This document shows positions 15,401 to 25,856 of a stretch of DNA of 46,767 nucleotides, piece by piece. Numbering within the stretch: position 1 is the stretch's first letter; every line of letters begins with the position of its first letter. A model generated the notes under the pieces. The model was not told where the DNA came from and searched no databases. It saw nothing but the letters and a program-made list of their open reading frames with translations. The stretch is from assembly GCA_031270205.1 (NCBI GenBank), contig JAISYA010000055.1:1-46767 (forward strand). The letters run 5' to 3'. The stretch comes from Treponema sp. (GTDB lineage Bacteria; Spirochaetota; Spirochaetia; Treponematales; Breznakiellaceae). Position numbers and translations under genes: made by a program.

Positions 15401-18304
15401 ATGAATTTGGAAAAAGACATATCAAAAACCGGCCCCGGTTCGAAAATCGGCAGATTTACCTTCATCACTGGTATTTTTGTCCTGTGCGCCGCGGTATTCA
15501 CCTGTACCGGCCTTCCCAAGCCCGGAATTGAGGCTTTTGGGGGGCTGGGAAAGCCCTCGGACCCGGTTCCCGTTATGGAAAAACTCAGGGCGGGGACTTT
15601 GCCCAGCGGCCTCCGTTATTTTATCCTTGAAAACACCAAGCCCGAAAAGCGGGCCTACCTGACTCTGGCGGTGAACGCCGGTTCCGTTCTTGAGACGGAG
15701 GAAGAGCGGGGCCTGGCCCATTTTGTGGAGCACATGGCCTTTAACGGCACTACCCGTTTTCCCGAAGCGGAACTGATAAGCTACCTGCGTTCCCTGGGCA
15801 TGCGTTTCGGGCCGGAAGTAAACGCCTACACAACGCTTGACGAGACGGTCTACGGAATCGAGGTTCCGGTTGAAACCGACAACGCGGGAGTACGGCGCAT
15901 TCCCGACACGGCCCTGGAGGTACTGGACGACTGGACGCGGGCCATTACCTTCGCGCCGGCGGACGTTGACGATGAACGGGCGGTTATAATGGAAGAATAC
16001 CGTTCCCGGCTGGGCGCGATGGACCGGGTCATGCGGCAGGCGCTGCCGGTACTGTTCCGCGGCTCGCTCTATGCGGAGCGCCTCCCCATCGGGCTGCCGG
16101 AAGTGATCCAGGGCGCGCCGGCATCGCTGCTGGAGGGCTTTTACAAAAAGTGGTACCGGGCCGACAATATGGCCCTGATCTTTGTGGGTGATTTTGACGG
16201 CGCGGCTCTTGAGGCTTCGCTGACCAGGCATTTTTTAATCCCCGCTCCGGCCTCTCCCACACAACGGCCTCAATACGATTTGCCTCCTCCCAAAAAGGGT
16301 AATCTTGAAACTTTGATTATCACCGACCCGGAGCTGACCGCCTCCTATGTCAATTTGTACTTCAAGCGCGGCCGTGAAGCGGCGCGGAATGACTTGTCTT
16401 ATTACCGCAGCGAAATTATTGATATACTCATCGACCAAATGCTGGCCTTCCGTTTTGAAGATCAGACGACGAAACCGGAAACTCCGTACATCTGGGCCAG
16501 CGCGGGAAAAATCCGCTACGGGGCGTCTTCCCGCTTTTACGTGATGACAGCCGAGGCAAAAACCGGCGCCGTTGAAGCGAGCCTTGCCGAACTGCTGCGG
16601 GTAAAAGAGACCATACTGCGCTACGGCTTTACCGAAGCGGAACTCAAAATCGCCGCCGACGCGCTCATCTCGAATGTGCGGAATATGGTTCAGGAAAAGG
16701 ATCGCCAGGAATCGGGGAACTATGTGTATTACCTTACCAACTATTTTCTTGAGGGAGGAAACCTGGCCGACGTGGAATGGGAGCTTAACGCGCTTCAGAA
16801 GCTGCTGCCCCTCATCGGTACGAGCGACATTGCCGCCGCCGTTAAAGATTACTTTAACGCGGGCGACCTGCAGGCGCTGATCTTCGCGCCGGAAGCGGAA
16901 AAGGCAAACCTGCCCGGCGAGGCGCGGATCAAACAGATGGTAAAGAAAAGCGCCAAAATGAAAATCGCCCCGCCCGAAACCAGTGTGGTGGAAAAAGGCT
17001 TTCTTTCCGAAACGCCCGCCAAAGGGCAAGTGGTTTCGCAAACCCTTGACAACGAAACCGGCGCGGCTGTCTGGGACCTGAGCAACGGCGCGCGGGTCAT
17101 CCTGAAGCCGACGCAGAACCGCAACGATGAAATCATCCTCCACGCCATGGCCAGGGGGGGGACCTCAAGCGCCGCGCCGGAAGACGCCGTGTCCGCGGAC
17201 CTTGCCGCCGAGATGCTGCAGGCTTCCGGCCTGGGGCCGTACTCCCGCCCGGAAATGATGCGGAAACTCGCGGACAAACAGGTTTCCCTCGGTTACGGCG
17301 TTTCCACTTACTACCGGAGCTTCCAGGGATCGGCCGCCGCCGAAGACCTTAAAACCCTCTTTGAAATGCTCTACCTGAGCTTCACCGATCCCCGTATCGA
17401 CACCGGGGCGGTTGACGCCATGCTGGACCAGCTCCGCAGCTCCCTCGCCCTGTGGGATGAAGACCCGAACAACGTGTTTTCCGACGCAATCACCAGCGCC
17501 GTCTACAGCGATCACCCCCGCTTCCAGTCCATGAAGCTGGCGGACATCTCCAAAGCAAAAATCGACCGCGCCCTGGCCTTTATCCTCCGGGGCCTTAACC
17601 CCGCCGATTACACCTTTGTCTTTACCGGAAACCTGGATATGGAAACCATGCGCGGTTACATCGAAACCTACATCGCTTCCATTCCCTCCAAAGAAAGCTG
17701 GAACTCCTGGACGAACCTGCATATACAGCGGCCGGGCAAAACCGAAAAAACCGTGTATAAGGGAAAGGAAGAGCGGAGCGCGGTGTACATGGGCTGGTTT
17801 ACCAAAGCCGCCTACAGCGAAGAACTCAGCGCCGCCGCCCAGGTACTCAGCGAATACCTTGATATCAGAATGACCGATGAGATCCGCGAAAAACTTGGCG
17901 GCGTCTATTCAATTTCCATAGGCCTTCCGGTCTCCCCCGTGCCTGATGAGGAACTGGCAATGATCGTGTACTTTGCCTGCGATCCCCGCCGGGCCAGGGA
18001 GCTTGTCTCCGCCGTTGAGGAACTGCTGAACCGGACCGCGTCCGAGCCGGTCAACGACGACATTTTCGCCAAGTCGGTGGAAGCCCTGAAAAAAGAATGG
18101 GAATCCTCGATACAGAGCAACGCATACATTGCCCAGAGCTACTCCAACTCGTCGGTACTGCTGAACCTGCCCCTGTCCCGCCTTGACAAGCGCCCTCGCT
18201 ACTACAGCGCCGTTACCCCCGGGGACATACAGAAACTCTGCGCCCAGGTTTTGCGGGACGGCCCCGCGCTGGTAATACTGTACCCGGAGGGAACAAAGCC
18301 GTAA
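15401..18304 (+). CDS. M16 family zinc metallopeptidase (PqqL-like), probably membrane-anchored or lipoprotein
   Basis: GLAHFVEHMAFNGT (HxxEH), VNAYT, IREKLGGVY; hydrophobic N-term ending in Cys. Confidence 0.92.
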   Translation: MNLEKDISKTGPGSKIGRFTFITGIFVLCAAVFTCTGLPKPGIEAFGGLGKPSDPVPVMEKLRAGTLPSGLRYFILENTKPEKRAYLTLAVNAGSVLETEEERGLAHFVEHMAFNGTTRFPEAELISYLRSLGMRFGPEVNAYTTLDETVYGIEVPVETDNAGVRRIPDTALEVLDDWTRAITFAPADVDDERAVIMEEYRSRLGAMDRVMRQALPVLFRGSLYAERLPIGLPEVIQGAPASLLEGFYKKWYRADNMALIFVGDFDGAALEASLTRHFLIPAPASPTQRPQYDLPPPKKGNLETLIITDPELTASYVNLYFKRGREAARNDLSYYRSEIIDILIDQMLAFRFEDQTTKPETPYIWASAGKIRYGASSRFYVMTAEAKTGAVEASLAELLRVKETILRYGFTEAELKIAADALISNVRNMVQEKDRQESGNYVYYLTNYFLEGGNLADVEWELNALQKLLPLIGTSDIAAAVKDYFNAGDLQALIFAPEAEKANLPGEARIKQMVKKSAKMKIAPPETSVVEKGFLSETPAKGQVVSQTLDNETGAAVWDLSNGARVILKPTQNRNDEIILHAMARGGTSSAAPEDAVSADLAAEMLQASGLGPYSRPEMMRKLADKQVSLGYGVSTYYRSFQGSAAAEDLKTLFEMLYLSFTDPRIDTGAVDAMLDQLRSSLALWDEDPNNVFSDAITSAVYSDHPRFQSMKLADISKAKIDRALAFILRGLNPADYTFVFTGNLDMETMRGYIETYIASIPSKESWNSWTNLHIQRPGKTEKTVYKGKEERSAVYMGWFTKAAYSEELSAAAQVLSEYLDIRMTDEIREKLGGVYSISIGLPVSPVPDEELAMIVYFACDPRRARELVSAVEELLNRTASEPVNDDIFAKSVEALKKEWESSIQSNAYIAQSYSNSSVLLNLPLSRLDKRPRYYSAVTPGDIQKLCAQVLRDGPALVILYPEGTKP

Positions 18305-18450
18305 GAAGCGGGGGAAGCGGCCCGCTGTCAACAAGTCAAGAAGAGGTATCCGCGGATTACCTTTCGCGCGAATTTTGCCCGTTTTATTGTATACTGCTAT
18401 AGTCAGGAGAACGGCCATAATCATATTCTTGGCGCTTAACGGGAGGACAT

Positions 18451-19251
18451 GTGATGATTGTGCTTATTAAAGGCGCGGGGGATCTGGCTTCGGGAGTCGC
18501 CTTGCGGCTTTGTCACGCGGGCTTTGATGTTGCCATGACCGAAATCCCCGCTCCTTTGGCGGTGCGGAGAACGGTCTCTTTTTCCCGGGCGGTGTATGAG
18601 GGCAGGACGCAGGTGGAGGACCTTACCGCGGTTCTGGTAAAGAACGAAGGCGGGATGCGCGCCGCTTTTGAGCGGAAACAGATCGCCGTGTTTGTTGATC
18701 CTGAGGCCGCCATTGTCAGGCGGCTTCGGCCCGCTGTTCTGGTGGACGCCGTCATGGCAAAAAAAAATCTGGGGACCGGCATCAATGACGCGCCGGCGGT
18801 GATCGGCGTGGGGCCGGGTTTTACCGCGGGAATTGATTGTCACGCCGTTATTGAAACCATGCGGGGCCATACCCTGGGGCGGGTACTAACCGAAGGAAGC
18901 GCCCTGCCCAATACCGGCGTCCCCGGCGACATCGCGGGCTGCACCGTGGAACGGCTGCTTCGTTCCCCCGCCGATGGTATTTTCGAGCCGTTAGCTGAAA
19001 TTGGAGACAGGGCGCGCAAAGGCGAAGAAGTTGCCCGGGTACACTCGGCGGACAGCATCGTCCCCCTCTTTGCGGAAATAGACGGCATAGTGCGGGGTCT
19101 TCTCCCCGCGGGTATCGCCGTTACAAAGGGGACGAAGGCCGGGGACATCGATCCCCGCTGTGAGCGTTCCAATTGTTTTACCGTTTCCGACAAGGCCCTG
19201 GCGGTAGCCGGCGGCGTACTGGAAGCGGCGCTGCGGTTTTCCCCCTCTTAA
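18451..19251 (+). CDS. yqeB: Selenium-dependent molybdenum hydroxylase system protein YqeB
   Basis: IKGAGDLASGVA.RL, AVRRTVSF, IETMRGH.LGR, GDIDPR, SDKALAVAGGVLEA. Confidence 0.9.
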   Translation: MMIVLIKGAGDLASGVALRLCHAGFDVAMTEIPAPLAVRRTVSFSRAVYEGRTQVEDLTAVLVKNEGGMRAAFERKQIAVFVDPEAAIVRRLRPAVLVDAVMAKKNLGTGINDAPAVIGVGPGFTAGIDCHAVIETMRGHTLGRVLTEGSALPNTGVPGDIAGCTVERLLRSPADGIFEPLAEIGDRARKGEEVARVHSADSIVPLFAEIDGIVRGLLPAGIAVTKGTKAGDIDPRCERSNCFTVSDKALAVAGGVLEAALRFSPS

Positions 19252-19268
19252 CTCGCCTTTAGCTCATC

Positions 19269-21266
19269 TTACCGCAAAGTCCGCAGCAGGCTCCGCAGTT
19301 CGGGGTTGGCCGCCGTCTCCGCCGTTGCGCCGCCGGACGGCTTGTCTTTTTCGGCCTGCAGGATGATCTCGTCACCGGCTTCAATGCGGTCAAAAAAACC
19401 GCTGCGGGTTAAAGCGCCCGCGGCTACTTCCTCATCGGCGCTGTCGATGGTGATTGTTCCCACGAGATCGTCGGCGGTGTAGAGCAGGGCGATACCTTCG
19501 TTGGCGATTTGGGGACGGCCTTTTTTCACTACGTCAAACACGTCGCCGGCTTTTACCCCATCCGCCCTGCCTTTGTCGATAAGCCCCTGGCCCTGCCGGC
19601 GGCTGAGGAGTCCGGCCCTGAAGGGAAGCGAGGCGGCAAGCTGGTCTGTAATGCCCCGGCCGGCGTTGCGCAGCCGGTCCGCGCCGGTACGGAAAGTGGA
19701 AAATGTTCCCGCCGCAGCGCCGGTACGGGCGACAAATAATTCGCCGCTGAGGGAGATGTCCCGCTCGTTTTCCGCCGCCGAAACAATGAGAAAATAATCC
19801 GCCCCCGCTTCCCTGGCGGCTCTGAAGGCCAGCGAAAAAGAGGGCTGCCGCAATTCCAGATTCATCGGAGAAATAGCGCGGTCATGGATCAGCAGTTCCT
19901 TTATATACGAAGCGGCGATTGCCCCCGCGTCAGCGTGGCGGAAACTGGACTGCCCGGCCAGGGAAAAGACGGCGATGTTCCAGTACCGCCTGGAGAATTC
20001 CACCGGGTCTACCTGCCAGCGCCGGAAAAGCGCGCCGGAGAGGAGCGAACTGTAGGCCTCCACCGCGTCGTTGAGCGCCCGGTCGGCAAGCCCCTGGTCT
20101 TGCAGGAAACGGAGTTCTTCAAGATAGCGGGCGGGGTAGCCCTGCAGCCGGAGCAGTTCCGCGTATTCCCGGCGGTCACGGGCGTAGGGGTTAAGACGCA
20201 GGCCCCGGCGGTATTCAAAGAGGGCCTGTTCAACGAGGTTGCGGGAGCGGTAATCTCTGGCCCGGTCAAAGTGCCAGGCGGCCCAGCGGCTCCGGCGGGG
20301 ATCCTCAAGGGCGGTACTGGCGATAAGGGTTTCCTCAAGGGCGGCGCGGACGAATTCGTCATCGGAGGCTGCGCTTATGGCGCTAAGCACGCCAAGGGCG
20401 TCAGCGCTGCGGCCAAGCCTGATAAGGGAAAGGCCCTTGAGATACCAGGCGCTGACGTCGTCCCGGTCGGCGGCGATGGACTCGTCGGCAAGGCGGGCCG
20501 CTTCCTCGTACTGGCCGCTCCGGTAGCGGAGGCTTGCCAAAAGAGAGCGGGCCGGACCGTAGCCGGGTTTGAAGTACAGGGCCTGTTCCGCGTATCTGAT
20601 CGCCTGGGGGAGCCTGGCCCCCTGCGCGTTGAGGTACGCGGCGTAATAAAAAACCCGGTAATCATCGGGGTGGCGGGCAAGGGCCCGGTCTATGAAGGAG
20701 ATCGCCGTGTCGGTATCGCCCAGGGAGCCTGAGACGAGGGCCAGTGAAATGAGGAGCCGCCGGTCGTCAGGGTAGCGCCGGACCGCCTCTCTGTAACGGA
20801 GCAGCGCCTCGGACGGCCTGCCTCTGGCAATGTCCAGTTCGCCTGATGTAAAGAGGGCTTCGCGGTTGTAAGGTTCCCTGGCAAGCACATCGGAAATGAC
20901 CGCCGCCGCCGCGTCCAGGCGGCCTAGGGCGATGAGGATAAAAGCCTCAAGGTTCGCCGCCGCCATGTTGGAACGGGCAAGGGAGCGGGCCTTGCGCGCC
21001 CAAAGCAGGGCCTGATCAAATTCACCCAACTCATAATAACACTCGGCAAGGGCCGCGGTTCCTTCGGCGTGGGCCGGGTTGAGTCTGATACACTCGATAA
21101 AGGATTCCGAGGCGGAATACCAGTCCTCAAGGGACATGTATTCCCTGCCCCGCTCATAGTAGACTGCCGCCTCCGCCGTCCCTCCACGGGGGACGCCCTG
21201 CGCCGCAAGCTCAAAACCGGAGGCGAGGCATAACGCGAAGATCAGAAACAAGACACGTAATTTCAC
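19269..21266 (-). CDS. Secreted multi-TPR protein with C-terminal alpha/beta and FlgT-C-like domains
   Basis: Signal peptide; many TPR repeats; C-term GLIDKGRADGVKAGDVF; GTG start with GGAGG SD. Confidence 0.8.
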   Translation of the reverse strand: MKLRVLFLIFALCLASGFELAAQGVPRGGTAEAAVYYERGREYMSLEDWYSASESFIECIRLNPAHAEGTAALAECYYELGEFDQALLWARKARSLARSNMAAANLEAFILIALGRLDAAAAVISDVLAREPYNREALFTSGELDIARGRPSEALLRYREAVRRYPDDRRLLISLALVSGSLGDTDTAISFIDRALARHPDDYRVFYYAAYLNAQGARLPQAIRYAEQALYFKPGYGPARSLLASLRYRSGQYEEAARLADESIAADRDDVSAWYLKGLSLIRLGRSADALGVLSAISAASDDEFVRAALEETLIASTALEDPRRSRWAAWHFDRARDYRSRNLVEQALFEYRRGLRLNPYARDRREYAELLRLQGYPARYLEELRFLQDQGLADRALNDAVEAYSSLLSGALFRRWQVDPVEFSRRYWNIAVFSLAGQSSFRHADAGAIAASYIKELLIHDRAISPMNLELRQPSFSLAFRAAREAGADYFLIVSAAENERDISLSGELFVARTGAAAGTFSTFRTGADRLRNAGRGITDQLAASLPFRAGLLSRRQGQGLIDKGRADGVKAGDVFDVVKKGRPQIANEGIALLYTADDLVGTITIDSADEEVAAGALTRSGFFDRIEAGDEIILQAEKDKPSGGATAETAANPELRSLLRTLR

Positions 21267-21288
21267 CCTCCCTCCTATGCAAAGGCTC

Positions 21289-22041
21289 CTAGTCTTCTTT
21301 GCGCAGCGCTATTTTCACCGAATTGATCCTGTGGCCGTCCATGTCCTGAATAATAAAATCAGTGCCCTGATATTCGGTCTTTTCGTATTTTACCGGTATC
21401 TTGCCGAAGAGGTCAAACACAAAGCCGCCCAGGGTGTCGAAGTCTTCGGCGGGAAGAGTCAGGCCCGTTTCCTCGGCAAGGTCTTTCAGGTTTACCCCGG
21501 CGTCGCAGAGCCAGACGCCCTCTCCCAATTGAACTATGTCTTCGGTTTCATGATCGAATTCGTCCTGAATGTCGCCGACAATTTCCTCGATAATATTTTC
21601 CATGCAAACGATGCCCGATACCCCGCCGTATTCATCCACCACTACGGCGATGTGCACGCGGCGGCGGCGAAGTTCCCGCAGGAGATCGTCGATGTGCTTT
21701 GAAACCGGAACAAAAAAAGGCTTGCGGACCAGGGCTTTAATATCAAACGGCGTGTCGCGGACCAGGGCCTTGAGCACGTCTTTAACGTAGAGAATCCCTA
21801 TCACGTTGTCAATGGTATCCTCGTATACCGGAAAGCGGGAATGTTCGCTGTCCGCTATCAGCGAGAGCAGTTCGTCTTTGGAAGCCGCGGCGGAAAGAAA
21901 AACCGTGCTTGTCCGGGGAACCATCACTTCCTTGACCGTGGTGTCCGAAAGTTCAACTACTCCCCGGATCATTTGCTGCTGATCTTCCTCAAGTTCCCTG
22001 ATCGCCCTGGGATTAAAAATGCCGGAAAAGGGACCTTTCAT
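21289..22041 (-). CDS. corC: CBS-pair/CorC-HlyC family protein (hemolysin-like Mg/Co transport-associated)
   Basis: VKEVMVPR, HSRFPVY, VVDEYGG.SGIV..E.IIEEIVGDIQDEFD, DTLGGF. Confidence 0.9.
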   Translation of the reverse strand: MKGPFSGIFNPRAIRELEEDQQQMIRGVVELSDTTVKEVMVPRTSTVFLSAAASKDELLSLIADSEHSRFPVYEDTIDNVIGILYVKDVLKALVRDTPFDIKALVRKPFFVPVSKHIDDLLRELRRRRVHIAVVVDEYGGVSGIVCMENIIEEIVGDIQDEFDHETEDIVQLGEGVWLCDAGVNLKDLAEETGLTLPAEDFDTLGGFVFDLFGKIPVKYEKTEYQGTDFIIQDMDGHRINSVKIALRKED

Positions 22042-22544
22042 CCGTCCCCTCCCTGTGGTAACTCTTCCACCGGAGCTGACGCCGCCCCGGTTAAAATGCG
22101 CTCTTCCTTAAGTCTTGCCAATATACGCTCCTGTAAAACAATCATAGGCTCGGTATCATCGTTGGTCCGGTGATCCATGCCGTCTAAATGCAGGATACCA
22201 TGAATGAGCAGACGGCGTAACTCCTCATCCTCGCTGGTTTGAAAATAGAGCGCGTTTTCCCGCAGGGTGTCAAGGGAAATGACAATATCCCCCGGCAGAT
22301 AGCGCCTGCCGCCATCTTCGCCGCTTTCCTCGGCGCCCAGCTCAAAAGAGAGCACGTCGGTGGCTTCGTCTTTGCCGCGGTAGCGGGCATTGAGGGCCTG
22401 TATGGTTTTATCGCCGCAGAGCATAATCGAAAGGTCCCAGTTGTCCCGCCCGATTGCGTCAAGCGCCTTTAGCGCGTAACGCTTGACGCCGCCGCTCCAG
22501 ACCGGCAGCGGCGCTTCCTCGACGGTAAGAGCTACACGGTTCAT
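22038..22544 (-). CDS. ybeY: rRNA maturation endoribonuclease YbeY
   Basis: LNARYRGKD.ATDVLSF, GDIVIS, HGILHLDGMDH. Confidence 0.95.
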   Translation of the reverse strand: MNRVALTVEEAPLPVWSGGVKRYALKALDAIGRDNWDLSIMLCGDKTIQALNARYRGKDEATDVLSFELGAEESGEDGGRRYLPGDIVISLDTLRENALYFQTSEDEELRRLLIHGILHLDGMDHRTNDDTEPMIVLQERILARLKEERILTGAASAPVEELPQGGDG

Positions 22545-24796
22545 TTTTCTTCTTCCCTGGATTCTTTCCCGTTCCTTTCTTTTTTCTGATCCGGGTATTC
22601 TATTCGGGAATGATAGTAGCCTGCCAGCACTCTGACAAACGCATTCTTGATGGTTTCCAAATCGCGGAAGGTCAGCTCCGACTCGGCAAGCTGGCCGTGC
22701 TCGACCTTGGCGCTGAACAGCCGCTGGATGAATTTTTCCATTTTCGCCGCGGTAGGCTTGCTCAATGTCCGCACCGCCGCCTCGGTCACATCGGCCAGCA
22801 TCACCACCGCGGATTCCCTTGAGCGTGGAGGAGTGCCGGGGTAGCTGAAGTCCTCGGCATTAACCTGGTCCTCCTTCTGAACAGCCTTGTTATAAAACCA
22901 TGAGATGAGCGAATTGCCGTGATGTTCGGCGATAATACTGATCACGTCTTTGGGAAGGCCGAGGCTTCGGGCCTTTTCAACGCCCAGCTTTACATGACTA
23001 CGGATCACCGTAGCCGAAAGCCTCGGGGCGATGTCGTCGTGTTTGTTATGATCGGTTTGATTTTCCACAAAGTAACCGGGATTTTCCATTTTGCCGATGT
23101 CGTGGTAATAGGCCCCCACCCGCGCAAGGAGCGGGTCCGCGCCGATGTCCTGGCATGCCTGCTCGGCAAGGTTTGCCACCATTATTGAATGACTATAAGT
23201 GCCCGGCGCGGTGGTAAAGAGTTTCCGCAAAATCGGGGCGTTCAGGTCCGAAAGCTCCATAAGCCTGAAAGGGGTAACGGCGTTCAGGACGTTTTCCAGC
23301 GGCGGCAGGACGCCGAGGACCAGCATCCCCGAAATAATGCCGTTCAGGGCGGCCCAGAACAGCATAACCGGATAATCGGCGGGGCTGGCGCCGCGCATAA
23401 GCAGAATCACAATAACCGCCAGACAGTTGGCCGCGGCGATAATGAGTCCCGCCTTGATAAGGTCCATCCGTTTTTCAGCGTCTTTGAGAACGGTCGAGGC
23501 CGCCACGCCGGAAATCAGGGCGAAAATGTAGGAAGCGGTGTCAAAGGAACCTGAAAGATATGCCCCCAGCGGAAAGGCCAGGGCTATAACCAGAGCCAGG
23601 CGGGCGCCCATAAATACGGCAGGGATCATCACCAGGAGCGCGGTGGGAAAAACAATGGCCGCGGGAAAACCTTCGATGCCGCCGGGCGAGATGTTTTTTA
23701 TCAACACCGCGCCGGTCAGGTAGAGGCACGCAAGGGCGGAAAGGAGATAGCTCTCGCTGTCATTCAGTTCCCTGCCCAGCACAAGGCGTCCCCGCAAAAA
23801 AATAAAAAGCACATAGACAAGGGAGATAAGCAGCACAAGGCCGATGACATTACGGGGATCTTTCTCGGAGTTGGAAAGGTACAGGGCCTGCAGGGCCTGC
23901 AGGCCCTGCATTTCATCCGCGGTTATGACAAACCCTTTTCTGATTATCTTCATTCCTTTTTTTATATACTTAATAACCGGCGCGACCCGTTCCCTGGCTT
24001 CCGCTATACGCCTGTGGGAATCAGCAAGGGAGAAAAAAACATTTTCTTTAATAAAAGGACGCAGCAGATCGGCGCCTATCGTCCTGAAAGACACGGGCAT
24101 ATCCGCGTTTTTTACCGTCTGTTCAAGGGCTTCCCGCACAGTGTCGGCGGTAACAATGCTGCTGTAAGGCATCTGTTCCCATCCGGTTCCGGAACCCGAA
24201 GGGTTAAGCAGTTCCACCGCGTCAGAACTGTAGTTTTTTATTTCCGCGCTGTCGAGGGAAAAAACTCCCCTCGTCAAAACGGCGTCCAGCGCTTCAAGGC
24301 CGAAACCCCTGAAGGCGGCCCGTTCGGGGGCGGCAACATACGCGGCAATGGTCTCGTTTGAAAAGAAAGCCGGATACTTGGCCTGAATCGCAAGGCGGAA
24401 AGGAGCGGCGGCGGAGTTTTCGGCCAGCTTGTCGGCAAAATCGCAGAAGGCGTTCCAGGAATCCCGCGCCTCCATTTCCGCCTCTCTGGAATGGCGGAAG
24501 ACCGCGGGAACCAGCCGGTCCTGGTTTTCCATGCGGATGCGGGTCGCTTCCTCGTCAATATACGATACCGGGTATCCGGCGATCACATCCCGGTCGGCAA
24601 CCTTGCCGGTTTCAAAATCCCGAATGTCCCCCATTCCCGCGCCGCCGCCCATATTGCCCAGCACTACCAGAACCGAAATCAGAAAGGAACAAAGGCTGAC
24701 CAGGCCGGGAGCTATATGGGATCGGGTAAGGTTAAAAACTCCGCCCAGGGAATTCCGAATGTCCCTGATAAAGAGGTTAAATTTCCTGGTCATCAT
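22541..24796 (-). CDS. 7TM-HD (HDIG) membrane phosphohydrolase, PgpH-like c-di-AMP phosphodiesterase
   Basis: Extracellular domain, TM bundle, APGTYSHS, YYHDIGK, EHHG, MLAD..EAA. Confidence 0.88.
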   Translation of the reverse strand: MMTRKFNLFIRDIRNSLGGVFNLTRSHIAPGLVSLCSFLISVLVVLGNMGGGAGMGDIRDFETGKVADRDVIAGYPVSYIDEEATRIRMENQDRLVPAVFRHSREAEMEARDSWNAFCDFADKLAENSAAAPFRLAIQAKYPAFFSNETIAAYVAAPERAAFRGFGLEALDAVLTRGVFSLDSAEIKNYSSDAVELLNPSGSGTGWEQMPYSSIVTADTVREALEQTVKNADMPVSFRTIGADLLRPFIKENVFFSLADSHRRIAEARERVAPVIKYIKKGMKIIRKGFVITADEMQGLQALQALYLSNSEKDPRNVIGLVLLISLVYVLFIFLRGRLVLGRELNDSESYLLSALACLYLTGAVLIKNISPGGIEGFPAAIVFPTALLVMIPAVFMGARLALVIALAFPLGAYLSGSFDTASYIFALISGVAASTVLKDAEKRMDLIKAGLIIAAANCLAVIVILLMRGASPADYPVMLFWAALNGIISGMLVLGVLPPLENVLNAVTPFRLMELSDLNAPILRKLFTTAPGTYSHSIMVANLAEQACQDIGADPLLARVGAYYHDIGKMENPGYFVENQTDHNKHDDIAPRLSATVIRSHVKLGVEKARSLGLPKDVISIIAEHHGNSLISWFYNKAVQKEDQVNAEDFSYPGTPPRSRESAVVMLADVTEAAVRTLSKPTAAKMEKFIQRLFSAKVEHGQLAESELTFRDLETIKNAFVRVLAGYYHSRIEYPDQKKERNGKESREEEK

Positions 24797-25763
24797 ACGC
24801 CTGTATTATTTTTTTGATGAGGGGATTCCGCACCACATCGGCGGTATGGAGAAAGGCGAAATAAATCCCCTCCACCGCCCTGAGAATCTCCACGGCGTGG
24901 AGCAGCCCCGAATCCGTTTTGCGGGGCAGGTCTATCTGGGTGGCGTCCCCGGTGACCACCGCCCGCGCGCCCTGGCCGATTCTCGTCAGGAACATCTTCA
25001 TCTGCTCTTTGGTGGTGTTTTGGGCCTCGTCCAGAATCACCACGCAGTCGTTAAGGCTCCGGCCCCGCATATAGGCCAGCGGGGCGATTTCTATCGCCCT
25101 GGTTTCCTCCATGCGGCGGATCACTTCAAAAGGAATGAGGGATTCCATTGCGTCGTAGAGGGGCCGTAAGTAAGGATTGATTTTCTGCGTTAAGTCTCCG
25201 GGCAGGAAGCCCAGATTTTCGCCGGCCTCCACCACCGGCCGGGTGAGCACCAGTTTCCGCGCCTTTTTGGCGAGTACCAGCCGCAGGGCCTCGGCGATTG
25301 CAAGGTAGGTCTTTCCCGTCCCCGCGGGGCCCACGCAAAAACTGATGTCGCGGGAACGCATGCCCTGAATATAGGCCGCCTGGTTTTTGCTTCGGGGATA
25401 GACCCGGTGAAAACCGTGGGGTATCTGTATCATCGCGTCCCGGAAGGGACCGCCCCCCTGGGGCGCGCCTTCGGCCGGCCGGAAGACCGGTTCATTCCCG
25501 CCGGGGATCAGGGCTTCCGCCAACGCCTCGACGTACTCCGGCGAAGGGATTTCCCCTTCCTGAACCGCCGCGATAAGGCTGTCAATCATGGTCTTAAAAC
25601 ACCGGACACCGGCCTCGGCCCCTTCAAAACGGATCTCGTTCCCCCTGGCGGCTATCCGCCCCCCCAGGGAGCCTTCAATAACCTTCAGGTTTCCGTCATT
25701 CACGCCGCAGATACCCGACAACAGTTCCCCGCTGTCAAGCACAATGGTTATGCCTTCCTCCAA
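24777..25763 (-). CDS. phoH: PhoH family ATPase
   Basis: GPAGTGKTYLA, LTRPVVEAGENLGFLPG, YMRGRSL, DEAQN; upstream TTGACG-N17-TAGACT. Confidence 0.95.
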   Translation of the reverse strand: MEEGITIVLDSGELLSGICGVNDGNLKVIEGSLGGRIAARGNEIRFEGAEAGVRCFKTMIDSLIAAVQEGEIPSPEYVEALAEALIPGGNEPVFRPAEGAPQGGGPFRDAMIQIPHGFHRVYPRSKNQAAYIQGMRSRDISFCVGPAGTGKTYLAIAEALRLVLAKKARKLVLTRPVVEAGENLGFLPGDLTQKINPYLRPLYDAMESLIPFEVIRRMEETRAIEIAPLAYMRGRSLNDCVVILDEAQNTTKEQMKMFLTRIGQGARAVVTGDATQIDLPRKTDSGLLHAVEILRAVEGIYFAFLHTADVVRNPLIKKIIQAYDDQEI

Positions 25764-25856
25764 GTAAACCTCTAAGGAAAGAGTCTAAGCTCCCTTTGCG
25801 GACTCGTCAACTACCTCTTCCGTGCGGCCCGTGGTCATTCTTCCCCTCTTCCCTCT

